NCBI GenBank assembly: GCA_965655095.1
Contig: OZ296649.1
Span: 94,860,001 to 94,924,000 of the forward strand
Direction of reading: 5' to 3'
Source of the DNA: Haplodiscus bocki
Taxonomy: Eukaryota
Length of the DNA: 64,000 nt
Shown here: piece by piece, positions 46,801 to 61,450 of the stretch
Layout of the letters: each line of letters begins with the position of its first letter
Position numbering within the stretch: the first letter of the stretch is position 1
Made by a program: the position numbers and the translations under genes
The notes under the pieces: generated by a model
Told to the model about the DNA's origin: nothing
The model's input: only the letters and a program-made list of their open reading frames with translations
The model's database searches: none

Positions 46801-49085
46801 ATGGGGCTCCAAAAATGCGTTCTAGCTGTCTTTCTAGTTTCTCATCACTGGATATCCTTCGAAGTACAAGACGCTCCAGCCGCTAGTCTTTAATCAATGA
46901 CACTTGTATGGGTTGGAATGTTTTGCGCCTTGAAATTGCCGCAAGATCTTTTCGGTACGGTATGTGAACACAGATACGTCTTTGTGACACAAATGACAAA
47001 AAAACTGATTGGATTTTCCAGATACATCCGTTGGCCCAGCAACAGAAAAGCAAATTGTTTAGTCTGCCCTATACTTTTTTCATCTTTGAAGTCCACTTGG
47101 ACCGGCTTCTCCTTCGGAGCCGATTGGCGCCTGTTTTGTCAACTCTTGTGTCCGTCATATCCACAACTCGGGGAACAGTAGGCGGCTGTGTTCGCTCCAC
47201 ATTACTCAGCACGTGATTCAATTTTGCAAACGTCATTAATAAATTGAAGACAACAGAAGGAGCAAACATGTATAAACTACGGAGATATTATGTACTGCTA
47301 ATAAAGTGTTCGAAGATGTGTGCCTTTTCCATGATGCAAATCGAACGGCATTGAGTTACAAGCTGATAAAAACTGGCATTTATTGGAGCTACAGTGGGAT
47401 TAGCAAAGAATTGGCTTAAAAGAGTTAACTGAATTGAGGAACCGTCATGGAACTTGAGCAGGAAAATCCTTATTTGGAACAAGACGAACCATCGTCAAAA
47501 GTCGGCTCCGAATGTTCTCGACTGCACTAACGGCAGCCATTGGCAAAAGCAAATGAGGTAATACAAGTCAGTAGAGCAAGGTGCCTCGTAATGACAGCAC
47601 TTTTGCGCTTAGTCGGGTTCCTTGTCTCTGCTTCTGATGAAACATCATTGGTTCCGAAACGAACTGAGACGGCTTGTGCTGAAGCTAAGCAAAAATCAAA
47701 AGCACAACATCGTCTCCAATCGTACCCAATGCAAATGTATTGACGCTCCAAACATGTTTTAGATTCCATGGTTAGAATTTTTTCTTCGCACGGACCCTCA
47801 TCACTTGATGTGGCGCGCGCAAGTTCTCACTTGATTCCGGAAGCATACGGAACGGCTGAACAGAAGATCCCAAGATGAGCTGCTGTGTTCCCCGAAAAAT
47901 GAAATACCGAAACACAAAATCCCATGATGCCCTCTATATGTGAACGTGAGCGCTGCAAACTGGTTTAGAGGCAAGCTTAAATGACCACTATAAAATCCTA
48001 CACGAAAGAATTTATTGAAAATGGAGAAGAAGACTAAGACGTAAGCAATCCGGATGTATCAACAACACCCTCAGAAGTGTTTTAACTTGAAGTATTTGTC
48101 CGCCGTAGCGCGTCCGTAGACGTCAAACCTTCGGACTCAGCACCAGTCCCCACGTTAACACCACTTATGATAATATCACACGGTGGATTACATTGTGGAT
48201 TTTTTTAAATCATTCAACTCAACCAATATTTTCAAAAACGTTGAAAAAACAGTCTGCCAGCAAACACGTCAACCCTCAACATGAACTTTCAAGGGCACGC
48301 TGCGGAACGATACTGAGGTCTCTTTTTTTCTATATCTCCATTCTCCAGTTTATATACATGTTGTAAATGACCTTTTATACCGATACTGAATTCACTTCAT
48401 CAAGCCTATCCCTCACTACCGGACCTTCAAAGGATCTCCAGCTTGATGAAAGACTGCTAACTATTCTAGGATTGTCTTGATGATTTCCTGAAGTCATTTG
48501 CTTCACTTCAGCAGCTAAAATCAACGATCGTTATTTTTTATCAACATGTTTCGACCTATTTTCCCGGAAACTGTGTCAGCGGACCGAGACTTTTTTCATG
48601 TCGAGCGGTCGTCGGCTGCGCGAAGCTCTCCCAGACAAAATATCCCGGATACACCTAATTCAATGCAATTGTCGAGAGCACTGACGGGTACCGTTGGATC
48701 AGATTCTAATGAGCGAACGATGCTTTACGGCTACGGAAGACTGCAGCCAACTGTTCTCCTTAGCCTCAATGATCTAAATCTCCCGAAGAGTTCCTTCAAT
48801 GTTACGACATTCATATCTCCTGCACCCACAACAATGATGCAACCATATGATCCCACCACTAACAACAACCCCGAGCAAACGGCATAATGTGACATATCAG
48901 TTTTTTCCACGCCATCAACTGTGGTCAGCCGGGTGGATGCGTGGGCGACGTCTTCAGACGTGGGAATTTTTTTCAAAGGAAATACAAAGGATATCCTTTG
49001 CATTGGGCCCTTCTAGACTACAAACGTTTCCAAGGAAGCAAAAGAAAAAGCTGATCCTGGTAAAGTGCTTCCCAAAAATAGGAAC

Positions 49086-50686
49086 TGTCACAGCACATCT
49101 GCAAAGCATGCCGACAACGTGTACCTGAAGATAAGACATCGCGAGAGTCAAAATAATTTCAAAACCTGATGCTTTTTTCTTAAAAATACTAAGTTATATC
49201 ACTGCCTAATTTGCCTGTAAAGTGATCCGCAAATAAAAGGATTACTTCCGTGAACGGATCAAAATTGGGACACAACTGTTACGAAACAAACACGTGTTCA
49301 CCTAGTAGCTCACATTGATTTTAAGGGTGCTATTTTTACTTTGATTTACATTTAATTAAAGTCAATCCCCCTTTATATCTCAGCCAAGTGTTGTAATTGA
49401 CTCGATGTTGACGTTGTCAGGGCACTGATGCAGCTGAAACAAATAACAACAGAAGCTGAGTAAAGGTGACTCTTCAAGTGAATATTTGTTTCCTACGTGT
49501 TCCGTTGTTACTAATCTGGTGATTTCACCTTACTCTTCTTTTCATTTACTGTGCTACTATGCTGTAACGTTTTGGTCAATGACGGAGCAGTTCTGTAATC
49601 ACTCATTTTGCACCATCAAGCAGCCCTGCTACAAACGAAGAACTGACAAGAAACGCTCTTAGTTCCTGCATAGTTCCTATCTTAAATTCAGTCCAATAAG
49701 TTGACATATACTTTCACAAACTCGAACATGAAATAAAGAACAGTTTAATGTACTAATAAGAGCTAAGCCAAGGGCTCATTCTAGTACTTTACCATTATGG
49801 AAAGTCTTTTGATCTATTGTTTTTTCAACATTTTTTGTCGGCATGGGAATAAACATTTTGATGTCCATTTCTGACGGATGAAGTCCGTATATATTTGGTC
49901 CAAAGTTGGAAAAGAAGCTGCATATGCGGGATGAAAATGATAAAAAGGTGTTCATTTCCCGCCTGAGTCGGCATTTGCTTTGCGTAGGTGATATCAAAAA
50001 CGTACTTATCTCTACTTTGTACCTTGACGTCTGGTATAAACATTTTTTTTTCACATCAAGTCTAGGATTATAGTAAAGAGAAACGACTGTACTAAAACTT
50101 GGGATCCCTACTTTCACTTTTAGCAGCAGTTGACTGTACAGATTGTGACAAGTCGTTTATTTTTTATCTTCACCATTGGGCTCTACTCTCAAGTTGACTA
50201 ACAAATGAAAACCATTTCGGTCTTTACCGCTGCTCACCATTCCACCTTCAAAAGATGGCAACGTTGACAAACAAAAGAACGTGGCAGCTGTTGCTATAGA
50301 AACTCAGGAGCAACATCCTAGGAAGGGCCAGTCACCGAACACGTTGGTTCCCAGAATGAATGTGGAATACATAACCCAGGTCTCTGAGGACATAGAAGGC
50401 ATGACCACAGTACAATTGTCCCAGGAATTCAGCAAGGCAGTTTCTCAAATCTTGGGTGCTCTGTCTAAACTAGACGAATATCTCCTAAAACTACCCTTAC
50501 GGACACACTCGACAACCGTTCCGCGAAAATGTGACCATTTTGAAAACATCCCGGAAAACATGCGTGAAAAACCAGGAACCAAACTACATTTGTTCCCAAA
50601 TTGAGCCTCGTCCTCAAGTGAAGTCCTCTCTTCCGTCTATGAATCCCCCTGGTCAGTCAAGCTAGACGCATACAAGGATCCGCACA
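49086..50686 (+). repeat. 3' LTR, 1,601 bp
   Basis: Starts TGTCACAG after a purine-rich AAAAATAGGAAC tract; ends CGCACA before the TSD. Confidence 0.85.
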
Positions 50687-53600
50687 CTAACAGGCGTATA
50701 AAAACTCCACAAAACTTTCAAAAGCCGAAATTATTGAAGCAGCAACAGTGAGGCGCAGTTTTGTCGCATAGCTTCCGGAACTATTTCTGCCAGTTAGTCA
50801 ACGGCGATGAGTTCGCATCAATAGTAATAGTTTTGCGCACACCCACATCGCACGTGCAGCAAGTCTAATACAAACGAACAAGCGGAGTTGAATTACACAA
50901 AATAATTAATCTAGAGAAAACAAGTCATTGACAAACGCTAACATCCGCATTGGAAACACGCACAAAGAATTTACATATTCGAGAACTCAGAGAAACAAAA
51001 AGTACGAGCAGAAATTTTAGCCATTTTCTCAGAAACAGAAAACAATTGTTCAAAATCAAGCAGACTGTTCTCAGGAAATATTGCTATAAATATAAGAACT
51101 TCCCTCAATAGAAACTGTTTGTTGAAAGTGAAAACGATGATTCAAGGAAAGTTTCTAGAAAAAGTAAATCGAATTCTTTGTGAGTGTCACAAAAAAATCA
51201 GTGAGAAACGAAGTAAATCACCGGCAAAAAAAGCAAAAAAGCAACCGCTAATGCTGAACAATTTATATCCGCTATTTGGCTAGTTTTTCATTCAGTTCAA
51301 GGTAGTTGTTAACAGGTTGATTTTCTTCTAAAGGCACTGCTTAGTGAGAAGGGCAAGTTGAGAAAAGTGAGTTTCTAACCAGGCGTCTTGGTGAATCCAG
51401 CGAAAAAAGGAATACTCACACTCTGCTGCACGCCAAATTTCAGTTTTTCAAGGTACACTAGATGACCTCAATCTGACGCGTAGTTGTTGAGAGTAACACT
51501 TTCGAGAAAAAGTGGCGCATTTCTGTTGTTTATGACTTTCGAAGTACAAGTCTACCTGAATCGACGAAAACTGTGAAGCTGTTATCCGTCGTCGCTGAAA
51601 AAATCAAAGATTCCAAATGTTCTGCAAGAAATTATTCGAGAATCAGCGGCTGGAAAATTTCAAATAAATGCTAAAAATCTGAAATTTCCTTAAAAATTGA
51701 AGTGCTTGTGTTGTTGATCGAACCAAAACCAGTCACATTAAACACGAAAAACTATGAAACAGGTCATATGTTTTTTCTTGACTTTTTTTGACGTGTTGTG
51801 TTGATGAAATTGCAATAGATCGCTCCAATCTAAAAGGTATATTCTAGATGTAAAAAAACGCAGTGAGAACATTCGTGAAATTCATGCTGCACACAAAGAT
51901 TTCTTTCTCAGAAAAGGCACATTTTTCCAGAAAAGTTTTTTCACAGGTTAAAATTTTTTTATGAGTCTGATGATGGAACCTGAGAAGCAGAAGGTTTTGA
52001 TACGAAATGTCACAGGTGAACCTACTAGCAAAAAAGGCCACAAAAAACAGCCTCAAAACTTTTTCTCGACGCTTAGTTCTTATAAAATTCTGTGCGCTAA
52101 AAGTGAGAAGTTGATCCAAGACACTTTGGATAAATTTTCGACGCCTGGAATGAGTAGAAAGAGCTCAGTAATTTTTGTGCAATTACACAATGAGTGTGAG
52201 TTGCCTGCAGCCTGACAAAAGTTAACGAAATGAAGATTGCACGATACTGGCGTTGTTAGCCCAACAAAGATGCGAGGTTGTTGTGGCTAAACTGTCAAAA
52301 CATTAGAAATCCGGTTCAAGTTATCTTCCATTAAAAAAATTCAAGAGTACTTTTCGAGAAACCATCAATTTTCAATGAAAAAACCCTTTTTTTGATCGTT
52401 GATTTTAGATACTTTCAAAGCATACTTTGGAAAGGAAGATTCCAGGCTGTTGGCAGATTTTAAATTTTGGAAGCATTGGTTAAGACAGTCCGAGTTAGCA
52501 TCTAATCTATGATGTCAAGGTAGATTACATTCGGGAGCAACAATCTTTTAAAAAACCTATCTACATCTCATAGTTCAATTTGTAGTCTTTTTCGGATAAC
52601 ATTAAAAAAACTCTTCGTGTTTTTAGATAGATTTTCCAATTTGCTAGGGGTTATATTGAAAAGAGGTCCCTGCTATCCGGGCAAAATTGCACTTTTTGTT
52701 CAAACTTATAATGCTGCTAACAAGTAACTAAAACTTCGAAGTTCAAAGTAAAATTCTTTTCCGTGTAATATATGAAAATGGATATCTTTGGCTTCCCGAA
52801 GAAAATTCAAAACTCAAGACAGCAAATAGACTGATTGAGTTGAGGAAAAAATTTTTCAGCAATCGAAAAAACGTCTTTCATTTGAAAAATATAAATATTT
52901 TGTTGTTTATGAACGAATTTTTCCTGATCTTGTATGAAGATAGAAAATTTTGCTTTCAGCAGCGTCTCTGAACTAAGGAAGCTTGAATTGAAGTGCTCGA
53001 TTGCAATTAGGACATTAGTGCTCAAAATTTTTTTTCAAGCAACATCAATGTGCTAAAAACGTTCTTGAAATCGAAGAATTTTAAATTGATTTACTTTTCA
53101 TAGAAGTTAGGAATTCGAAGATCTGCAGCGCTCAGCAGATTTACCGAAAAGTGAATATATTAATTAAAAGGGATCTTTGCCATCCAATCAATAGTCGGTA
53201 GAGAGATCACGTCTGAAAAAACTCAGATAAACTACTGTCTATTCATTTCAGCGGTGCCAACTTTTATTTCATCTTTTCTGCCTGTTTATCGACTGCATGA
53301 AAACGGCGGAATGTAAATTTCATTTGCTTCCAAAAACTTCAGGCTGCCGCAGTGGTTGGTTGAACCAGTCTAACAATAAATGAAGCGAAGCAAATCTCAG
53401 TTATTCAATTCGAATTGGCAAGGGCCAGACAAAAAAGAAGCATCAATCGTAATAAGCTAGCGTTGCCATCTTAAAAATTTGTGAATCTTTTGAAGTAGAA
53501 ATTGTCACATTTATTCCAAGCTTTGATTAAATACTTCAAACGAGTCATCGTAAAATGATTCAAAAAGCTGCATAGCCGGAACCGTCAACATACAGAGACT

Positions 53601-54159
53601 TTGATGATGGAATGTCTAAAATGCAATCTTAATAGATCACCAAAGAAGTCAGCTGAAAACATTTCTCGCACTTACTGACAGCCATATTTTATACTTTTAC
53701 ATACAAACAAGTGCATACATTTTTATATAAATCTCAAGCATGCAATTTATTTCTCGTTCAAGTTGTCTTTTTGAAAAAAAAACAAGCATTGCATTTCCTG
53801 AGAATGAAAGTGTAATAACTTGAACCGAGGCAGTGTACCATAACTTGAAGGTTAAAAGGGAAATATAATTAAATATTAAAATACCATTGAACTATCAAAG
53901 AACAACGATTCGTTTAATTCTGTAGCCTTTCCAAAAGACTGTAGCCTTTCCAGTTTATTGATGAATTCCTCAAGGTGGTGTTCTTAGACAATCTTTTCTT
54001 TCTACAAGTTCTACAATAGAAGAAAAATGATGCTACAAATCAACAAATCTATGGCTTCGGAATGGGAGCTTTGAATTACTGAAGACAAAATATGATAAGG
54101 TTTTTGCAAAACAAGTAATGATTTGCCAAAATCGGTGCTGCGTGGGATTTGACAGCCTA

Positions 54160-54358
54160 TCCCGGGTTGATGTCCCAGAGAAAATCAGCGCTGAAACAGC
54201 GCTGTTTCTTAGCTCTGAAAATTCTCATTTTCAGCTCTTTTCAGAGCTGAATCAGCGCTGTTCAGAGATCTTCAAGTAAAGAACAGCGCTGAAACAGACC
54301 TGAACTTATTCTGGATCAGAGCTGATCAGCGTTGAACATCTGAGACGTCAACCCTGGA
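54160..54358. mobile_element. MITE-like element, ~200 bp, TA flanks
   Basis: TIR TCCCGGGTTGATGTCCCAGA / TCTGAGACGTCAACCCTGGA (3 mismatches); TA on both sides; internal CAGCGCTG palindromes. Confidence 0.75.
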
Positions 54359-56049
54359 TAGCATGATGGTACAATTTATTCTCGATTATCCGAACCAAAA
54401 GCAATGTTAACAAAACTTGAATCATTTTAATTAGGCATCCGAATAAATATAACTACTAAAACAAAAAAACACGTAATTTTCTGTAAAAATGGAAATAAAA
54501 ATGATACAAGACGGTAAGCTACAACCGGCATATTTTCCGCCTTCCTATTTTAATAACGCGTTTTAAAATGATGAAAACAGTTTTTCTCAAAATTTCTTTC
54601 TTCATCATATTTCATAATTTATCTAAAATTAAAAACTTTCTGATTTTTCGCCATAAAACCTCACAATTAAGAAGAAAAAGAAATTTTTAAGAAATAAGAT
54701 CAATCGATACGCATTCGGCAGCAAATTTGCCACCTTTAGCGGTTTGGAAAAGTTCGAGTTTTTTAGATAAAACTCGCGTATTTTTTCAAAAAGAAATTCA
54801 AATTTTGAACGTATCGAGAAATATTACCATTTCAATCGCATTCTATATGGCAAATTTGTTATATTGTCCTGATGAGAAAATTCAAGTTCAGAACCAGGCA
54901 CTAAACTAACTTCTCGTCAGACAATATCAATTGGCAATTAAGCGTTGAAAGAACGGATTTGAGCGTTTCCAGTGTATGATTGATTTTATTTTCCTTCCAT
55001 ATTATAAATATGGGCGGAAAATAAAAAAAAGATTCATTGAAGTTTTCCATAAACGAGCGAGACAATGTACCAGCTAGTCCAGAACAAAACAAGGTGCCAA
55101 CCATTAATGCGTTGGTGTTTTAAGAACAAATTTGAGTTGGTTTTCTCACCTTTTGAATGGCATGCGATTTTTCAATGATATTACACCGCATGCTGCCAAT
55201 TGTCACGAAAAAAATCGTTATATGTCTGTTATTTCACGTCATATATACTTAAACCGCATATTGGACCAAAATACATGTAGACTGCTGGTAAACTTGCCTG
55301 CTATCTCATGCAGGTTTATCTGCGCAATTTTAACAGTGTACTGGAAGAATATCATATATGACCTTCGAAGCAGTTATTTATAAATGTAGGAAAACTCGGA
55401 AACATTGGAATTCAGTTGAGTTAAGGGGATCTATCTTTTGGCAATGAGTTCAATATTTAACAAGAGGTGCAGTCGCATTGCAATAATTTCTTTCAATGTG
55501 ACTCATGAAAAATGATCGAACATACAAAAAATCATTCTTTCAATTAACCCAATTTTGACAAAAACATCTCAGTGAAGGCATTGTCCGAAAAATTCAAGAC
55601 GAAAGCTTTGGAGTTTTGTTAGTTTGAATATCGACGAAACAAGAAAAACAATTGAATCTTTTCGCACGTTCAACTTATCGAATTTCCAATCTAAGGGACA
55701 CAATCAGAGACTGTTTAATCCAAGAAACACTAAAAACTATATCATCGTAAATTCAGACCCTGATAGAAGAATTCAAATTAAAATATTTCAAGAAGGAGGA
55801 TTTGGAGGTTCGAGATATCTCAATACTGATGGAACTTTTGCAAATTCCAGTCAACAAAGACTCCTATTCCGATGTAGAGGACAATTTTCATGACATCAAG
55901 AAACGAAAAGTTTAGCAGGAAGAGTTGAAGAAACATGAGTTTGATTACCGAGGCAAGTGAAAACAAAGAGAACTTTCTTGAACTTCTGTTCCATCAGGAT
56001 CCCACTTCAGCGAAGAAATCTGTTGCATGAAATATTCCAACACATATAA

Positions 56050-59000
56050 AATGTTTTAGATTGAGATCTTGAAGAGAAAAATCAAGTCAGTCTTTCTGAG
56101 AAGCACAAGTTTAAAATCGAGAACAGTCCTTTCCTGTATTTTTCTGGCGTTTTCGGACTACCACGATTCTAATGCACGGTCGGAAAAGATAGTTTCCCCA
56201 ACCGAATACTCCTCAGAAAGAGTTAATTTTTCATCAAATGGGACAAATTCCATTCTTTAGTGTAATAAACGAAGCTCAAAGCAATGTTGTAGATTGAGTT
56301 TTATTGTAGAGATTTGTCAATATTAAGATCATCTTGGCATTCTCGGATTAAAGGTATTCCGACGCAAGGAGCAAAAACAAAGAAACTTAAAATCGATTAG
56401 TCCATCGCAGGTACTATTTCTGATTTCAAAACTTGAAGAAAGAACTATGAGCTCGAACATAGGAAAAAAGTCAACACTAATGGCAGGTGTTTGACAGTTT
56501 CGATATATGAAAAACTCAACGAAGGAAACAAACCCGATTTTTTTTAGACCCAAAGCACCTCTACCACAAAAGGTTGCTCTATTGAAAAATTGATGCTAGA
56601 ATTTAACCTTGCAGTTACGCAGAAACAGCGTTTGGATCCCGTGATGAATCAAAATTATTAGCTCTTTTAAGGAACTTCAATCTTTCAGAACTTTTATCTG
56701 AAGAACACAATGAAAAACTTCTGAAAAGAAGTCCCCAACACAAGTTGAAATTGCTCATATGATGTCCTGCTGGAAGAAATCAACTCTACAATTACGGAGA
56801 TACATCAGTTTGATCGTCGAGAGATTTCAAAAAGTAATACCACGTCATGATTTTTTATTGGAACAGCCGGACTATGTTGCAACAAAAAAGTCTAAGCAAT
56901 TTCAATCAGATTCTGTTCGCGCAGGATAAAGCTTTTGATTAACACCTTCTGGAAAGAACTCAAACATGTCAAAAAAGAGAACACGAGTTCGATAATCGAC
57001 GTGAATCAGTTTTTTTTATCTCACTTCGGAGTTTCCGGACTATGAAGATTTCGATCAGAGGAAACTGAAAACGGATAATTCAAACGATCACTGTTGTAAA
57101 ATTTGGAAACTTTTGTTTGAGACCTCAATAATAGAAGTCAAGCCGGTACTTACGGAGGTAGATGACTATGAAAAAAGAAAGAAAACGAAAGTAATAGCTT
57201 GTTTAGCAGGTTTCGGACCATCAAGCTTTTGAAGTGAGAGTTGAAACGAAAAGTTTTGGTAACAAAAGATGCTCATCAAGTATGACGGTTTCCTCGACAC
57301 CTCGATGATGAAAATCAAACAAGTGGAAACGGTCGTTAAAGACTTTGATTACAGAAAAACCTTAAATTTTTGAACATTTTCTTATGTTGTCGGACAATCA
57401 AAGTTGTAATGAATTGATCCCAGCCAAAGAAACTTCAATCGAACCCTCTTTTTTACGGGTACAAAAGTTGATTGAGAACTTGTTGGAAGAATAAAATCTG
57501 AAGTTACCGAGAAACATGATTCCGAATGTCGAGATGAATCAAAATTAAAAGAGCTTATCGAATTTTTTGGACTGTTCTGGCTCAGATGCAAAGGTCAAAG
57601 TCCTTGAACCTTCAATCAAACCCTCCAATACAATTGAAATGCCCTCCTTTGAGACCTCGATGGAAGAATTTTAACCTTCAGTACCAAATATGTTCGAGTT
57701 TCAAGTTCGAGAAAAATCGAAAAGTTAGTTTATAATTGTAATGTTCGGATTATCACAAACATGATGCAAAGATCGAAATTCTTGGTGTTTCGATCGATTC
57801 GTCTTCTGCAAGTGTGAGTATTTTGATTGATTTCTGGATAAATAAAATGTCTATTTGAGTGTTTTTGAAAAAATTGAGATCTTAGGTTGTGATAATGCCA
57901 TGAAATTATCTTTCCTGGAAACTTCGGACGACCACGAAGGTGACAAAGAAAAAAACAGTTACCTGTATAGTCGAAGCGCACTCAAACTTTGCAGCCTTTT
58001 TGGTTAATATGACGAAGGAGGAAATCAAGCCGGTGCTGAACGGAGGAATATGGACTTAAAAACGGCGATGAATAATATCTTGGTAGCACAATTGGAATCA
58101 TCGGAATATCAGAAGTCTGAGGCAAGCAACAAGAAGAACGATTTTCATCCGAACGCTTTTGCACAAGCCCGTTGTTTCGGATTGAGGCTTTGCTAAATTT
58201 TTCGTTGGGGAAGATCGTGAATTTTGATGTAGGATTTTGTTGGGTTCGAGTCGATTTTGACACTTTAGAACCATCAGCACTCCGGCGGAAGGCATGAAAT
58301 CAATAATTTTCAAAACAATTAGTTTTTTCAGAGAAAAAAGTTTCACTTTAAGGTTTTACGTCAAAAATCCATGTCAGTGGTTGTGGAGAACCATGAGCTG
58401 GAAAACCAGAAAAAATTTAATGCGAAAAATAATAGCAGCTGTTTGGTATTTTGGAACTTTGAAATTTTCAACGCAACGAAAGAATCGATTCTTCCAAATC
58501 GAACACTTCTCTTTATTTACAGGTCTATTGATTGAGGACTTGATGAAAGAAATAAATTGGAATTTACGGAGTAGCAGTGTTTGTATATCGTGATGAATCA
58601 AAACTGATGAATCATTTTGAGGAATCTTCGATCTTAAAACAGAGGTTTGGGAGGAACACAATTAAATAGTTATGATAAGAATCCACCAGTACATTAAAAA
58701 ATGTTTGAATTGAGACCGTGATGTGAGATATCGAGCCTGTAGCTAGAGTAAATTTTGTGTTTGATTACAGAGATACATCAGAATTTAATACATTTAATTG
58801 AAATGTTGGATGATCAGTGTTCCGATGAACGATAAAACCTTTTTTTTTCAACCAAATCCACCTGTCATTGGCGCAATGTTGGCAATTGAACTTGTTGGTA
58901 GGATTGAAACCTGCAGTTACAGATAAACTTGATTTCGATTATCGTCATGAATCGATATTAACAACCGGCACTTTTTGGAATTTTCGCATTGTTTTGGCTC

Positions 59001-61450
59001 TGATGGAAGGATTAAAGCCATAATTTTTTCAATTGAATGATCCACTACGTTTGTAATGCTTTTTTTCCGAGTTGTTGGTGGAAGAATTCAACGTTTCTAG
59101 ACCAGAGATGCTAGAGTTTGAACTTCGACAGAAGTCATCCGTTGGCAAATTTTTCAAATATAGGATTATCGAAAACGGGACACCAAGATCACAGCCCTTG
59201 GTGTTTCCATGGAGTTATTCTCAACAAGTGTAGAACTTTCCATTGAATTCTTGATGGATTATGTCAAACTTATTGTTCCTCAGAAGTTTGAGTTTGAATG
59301 TACCAATAATTCTATGGAATTAGCTTCCATTGAAACTTTCGGACGACCAGGAAATTTAAAAAGAGCTCAAAACCTTTAAGTGGCTCATGGAAACGCATTC
59401 TACCGTTCTGGCGCTTTGGGCTGATATCAAGGTGGAGGAAATCAAGCCAGTGGTTTACAGAGAAAAACGAAATTGAAAATGGAGAAAGATAAATTAGAAT
59501 CGTCGGAATATCAGAAGTCTGAAACAAGCAGCAAAAAGAAAGATTTTCATTCGAGTACTTTTGCACAAGACCAATGTTTTGGATTCACGTTTTGCTAAGT
59601 AAAATCAATCTTTTCTTTATGGAAGATCGTGATTTCAGATGAAGCCTCTTGGTGAGTTCATGGCGTGTTTGGCATATTAGAACCATCAGCATTCCGATGC
59701 GTGGAATGACATCTTTTATTATAAGGTCAGTCAGTCCATCCTGAGGGAAGAAATTTTTTGAGACTTTAGATCAAGAATCGATGTCAGTGGCTGTGGAGAA
59801 CTATGAATTGGAAAATAAAAAATTCAAAATTTATAGCAGATGTTTGATATTTTTAAACATTGAAAGTTACAACGCAAAGTAAATAACCGGTGCTTTCAAA
59901 CCCAATATGACTATGTTTATATAAGTCCCTCTATTGAGAATTTGATGACAGAAAAGAAACTGGTAGTTACGGAGAAACAGAGTTTGTATCTCTTGATGCA
60001 TCAAAACTAATAGCTCTTTTTGGATTGCTCGACCGATCAGAACTCTTATCTCAAGAACACAAAAAACTTCTAGATTAAAGAGTAGGCTAAAACTGAAAAT
60101 CGTTCAATTGTTTTTGGAAATCATGCTTGTATTTATGGATTTTTAAAAGTTTCAACAAAAGGAATTGTCAAAGTTTTGGGCAGTTTTTTCTTTCGTCGGT
60201 CTATCAACCTATGAGGATTTTCATGCAAGGATCAAATTCAAGAAGTTTTCAATCAAATCTTTTTTTTTCAAGTGCTTTGTATACGATAGAGGCCATGTTG
60301 GAAGAAATAAAACCTGTAGTTACAGAGAAACATGTGTTCGAATAGCGAGATGAATTGACATTAATAGTGCATTCCAGGAAATTTCGGACAATCAAATTTT
60401 TGATGCCAGAATGGAAGCGAAAAATTTTCTCAACAAATGCTCCTAAACAAGTTTGACACTCTTCATCGATAGCTCCATGATAGAAAGCAAACCTGTCGTC
60501 AAGGAGAATTTTGTGTTTGAAAACCGAGAAACATAAAAATGTTGATCATATATTCAATTACCGGACTACCAAGATTCTCATGCAAACATCGAAATTAGGT
60601 TATCAATCCGAATCCTCAGTTTCACTTGTAGAGTGTTCTGTTTAGACCTTCCTGGAAGAAATAAAATCTGTCGTTACAGAGGAGCAATAATTCGAATATC
60701 GAGATGAATCGATACGAATAGCAGTTTTTGAACTCTTCGGAATGTTCCGACTCTGATGCAAAGATCAAACTTATGAAATTCTCAACCAAATCTATCACTA
60801 TAATTTCAATGCTTTCCTTTGAGAGTTTGATTCACAAATTCGATCCCTTTGTACCAGAAATGTATGATTTTGAAAATCGAAGGAAAACAAAGAGTAGCAA
60901 TTTTTGGAAGCTTAGGGTTGTTGGGGTTCCGATGCCAAGACCAAAATCCTTGGCATTTCAATCAAGCCATCTTCTACAAACCTGAAACTTCCAATTGAGA
61001 CCTTGATTGCAAAAATCATTCCGGTTTTTTTGAGAAACTTTGTTTTTACAATTGCGAAAAATCTATAATTATAGCTTTTTGAGGAAACTTCAGACGATCA
61101 GGAATGTGACACAAATATCAAGACATTTGGTTTTCAAAACGAAATCTTCCCTGCAAATTTGATTTTTTCGATTCAAAGCTCGACGGAAAGAATCAACCTC
61201 TAGCTTCTGAGAGTCTTGATTTTGAATATCAAGATCAACGAAAAACCATACCAATTCTTAAAGTTTTCGGACTATTAGGATTGTGACTCAAGACACAGAA
61301 CCACGGATTCCTTAGTGGATTACTCTTGTTTGAGTAAAATGTTTTCGATTGGAAATTAAATGAAAGAGTTAAGACTTGTAATATTGGTGAAAAGTGAGTT
61401 GCAACATCTGGAAACATCAACCTTAGTTGCACTTTTCGGTATTCCCTCAA
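56050..61450 (+). repeat. Decayed tandem array with ~180-bp units and a ~1.4-kb higher-order duplication
   Basis: Recurring GAAGAAATCAA.CC.GT.GTTAC.GAGAAACA...CGAGATGAATC-like motif near 56590, 56770, 56950, 57130, 57310, 57485, 57660; 58020-58600 resembles 59435-60010. Confidence 0.65.

Larger units (their letters stand above)
36482..50686 (+). mobile_element. Degenerate Ty3/Gypsy LTR retrotransposon, 14,205 bp
   Basis: CTAAC at 36477-36481 and 50687-50691; TG...CA ends; two diverged LTRs; gag-PR-RT-RH-IN order. Confidence 0.9.
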
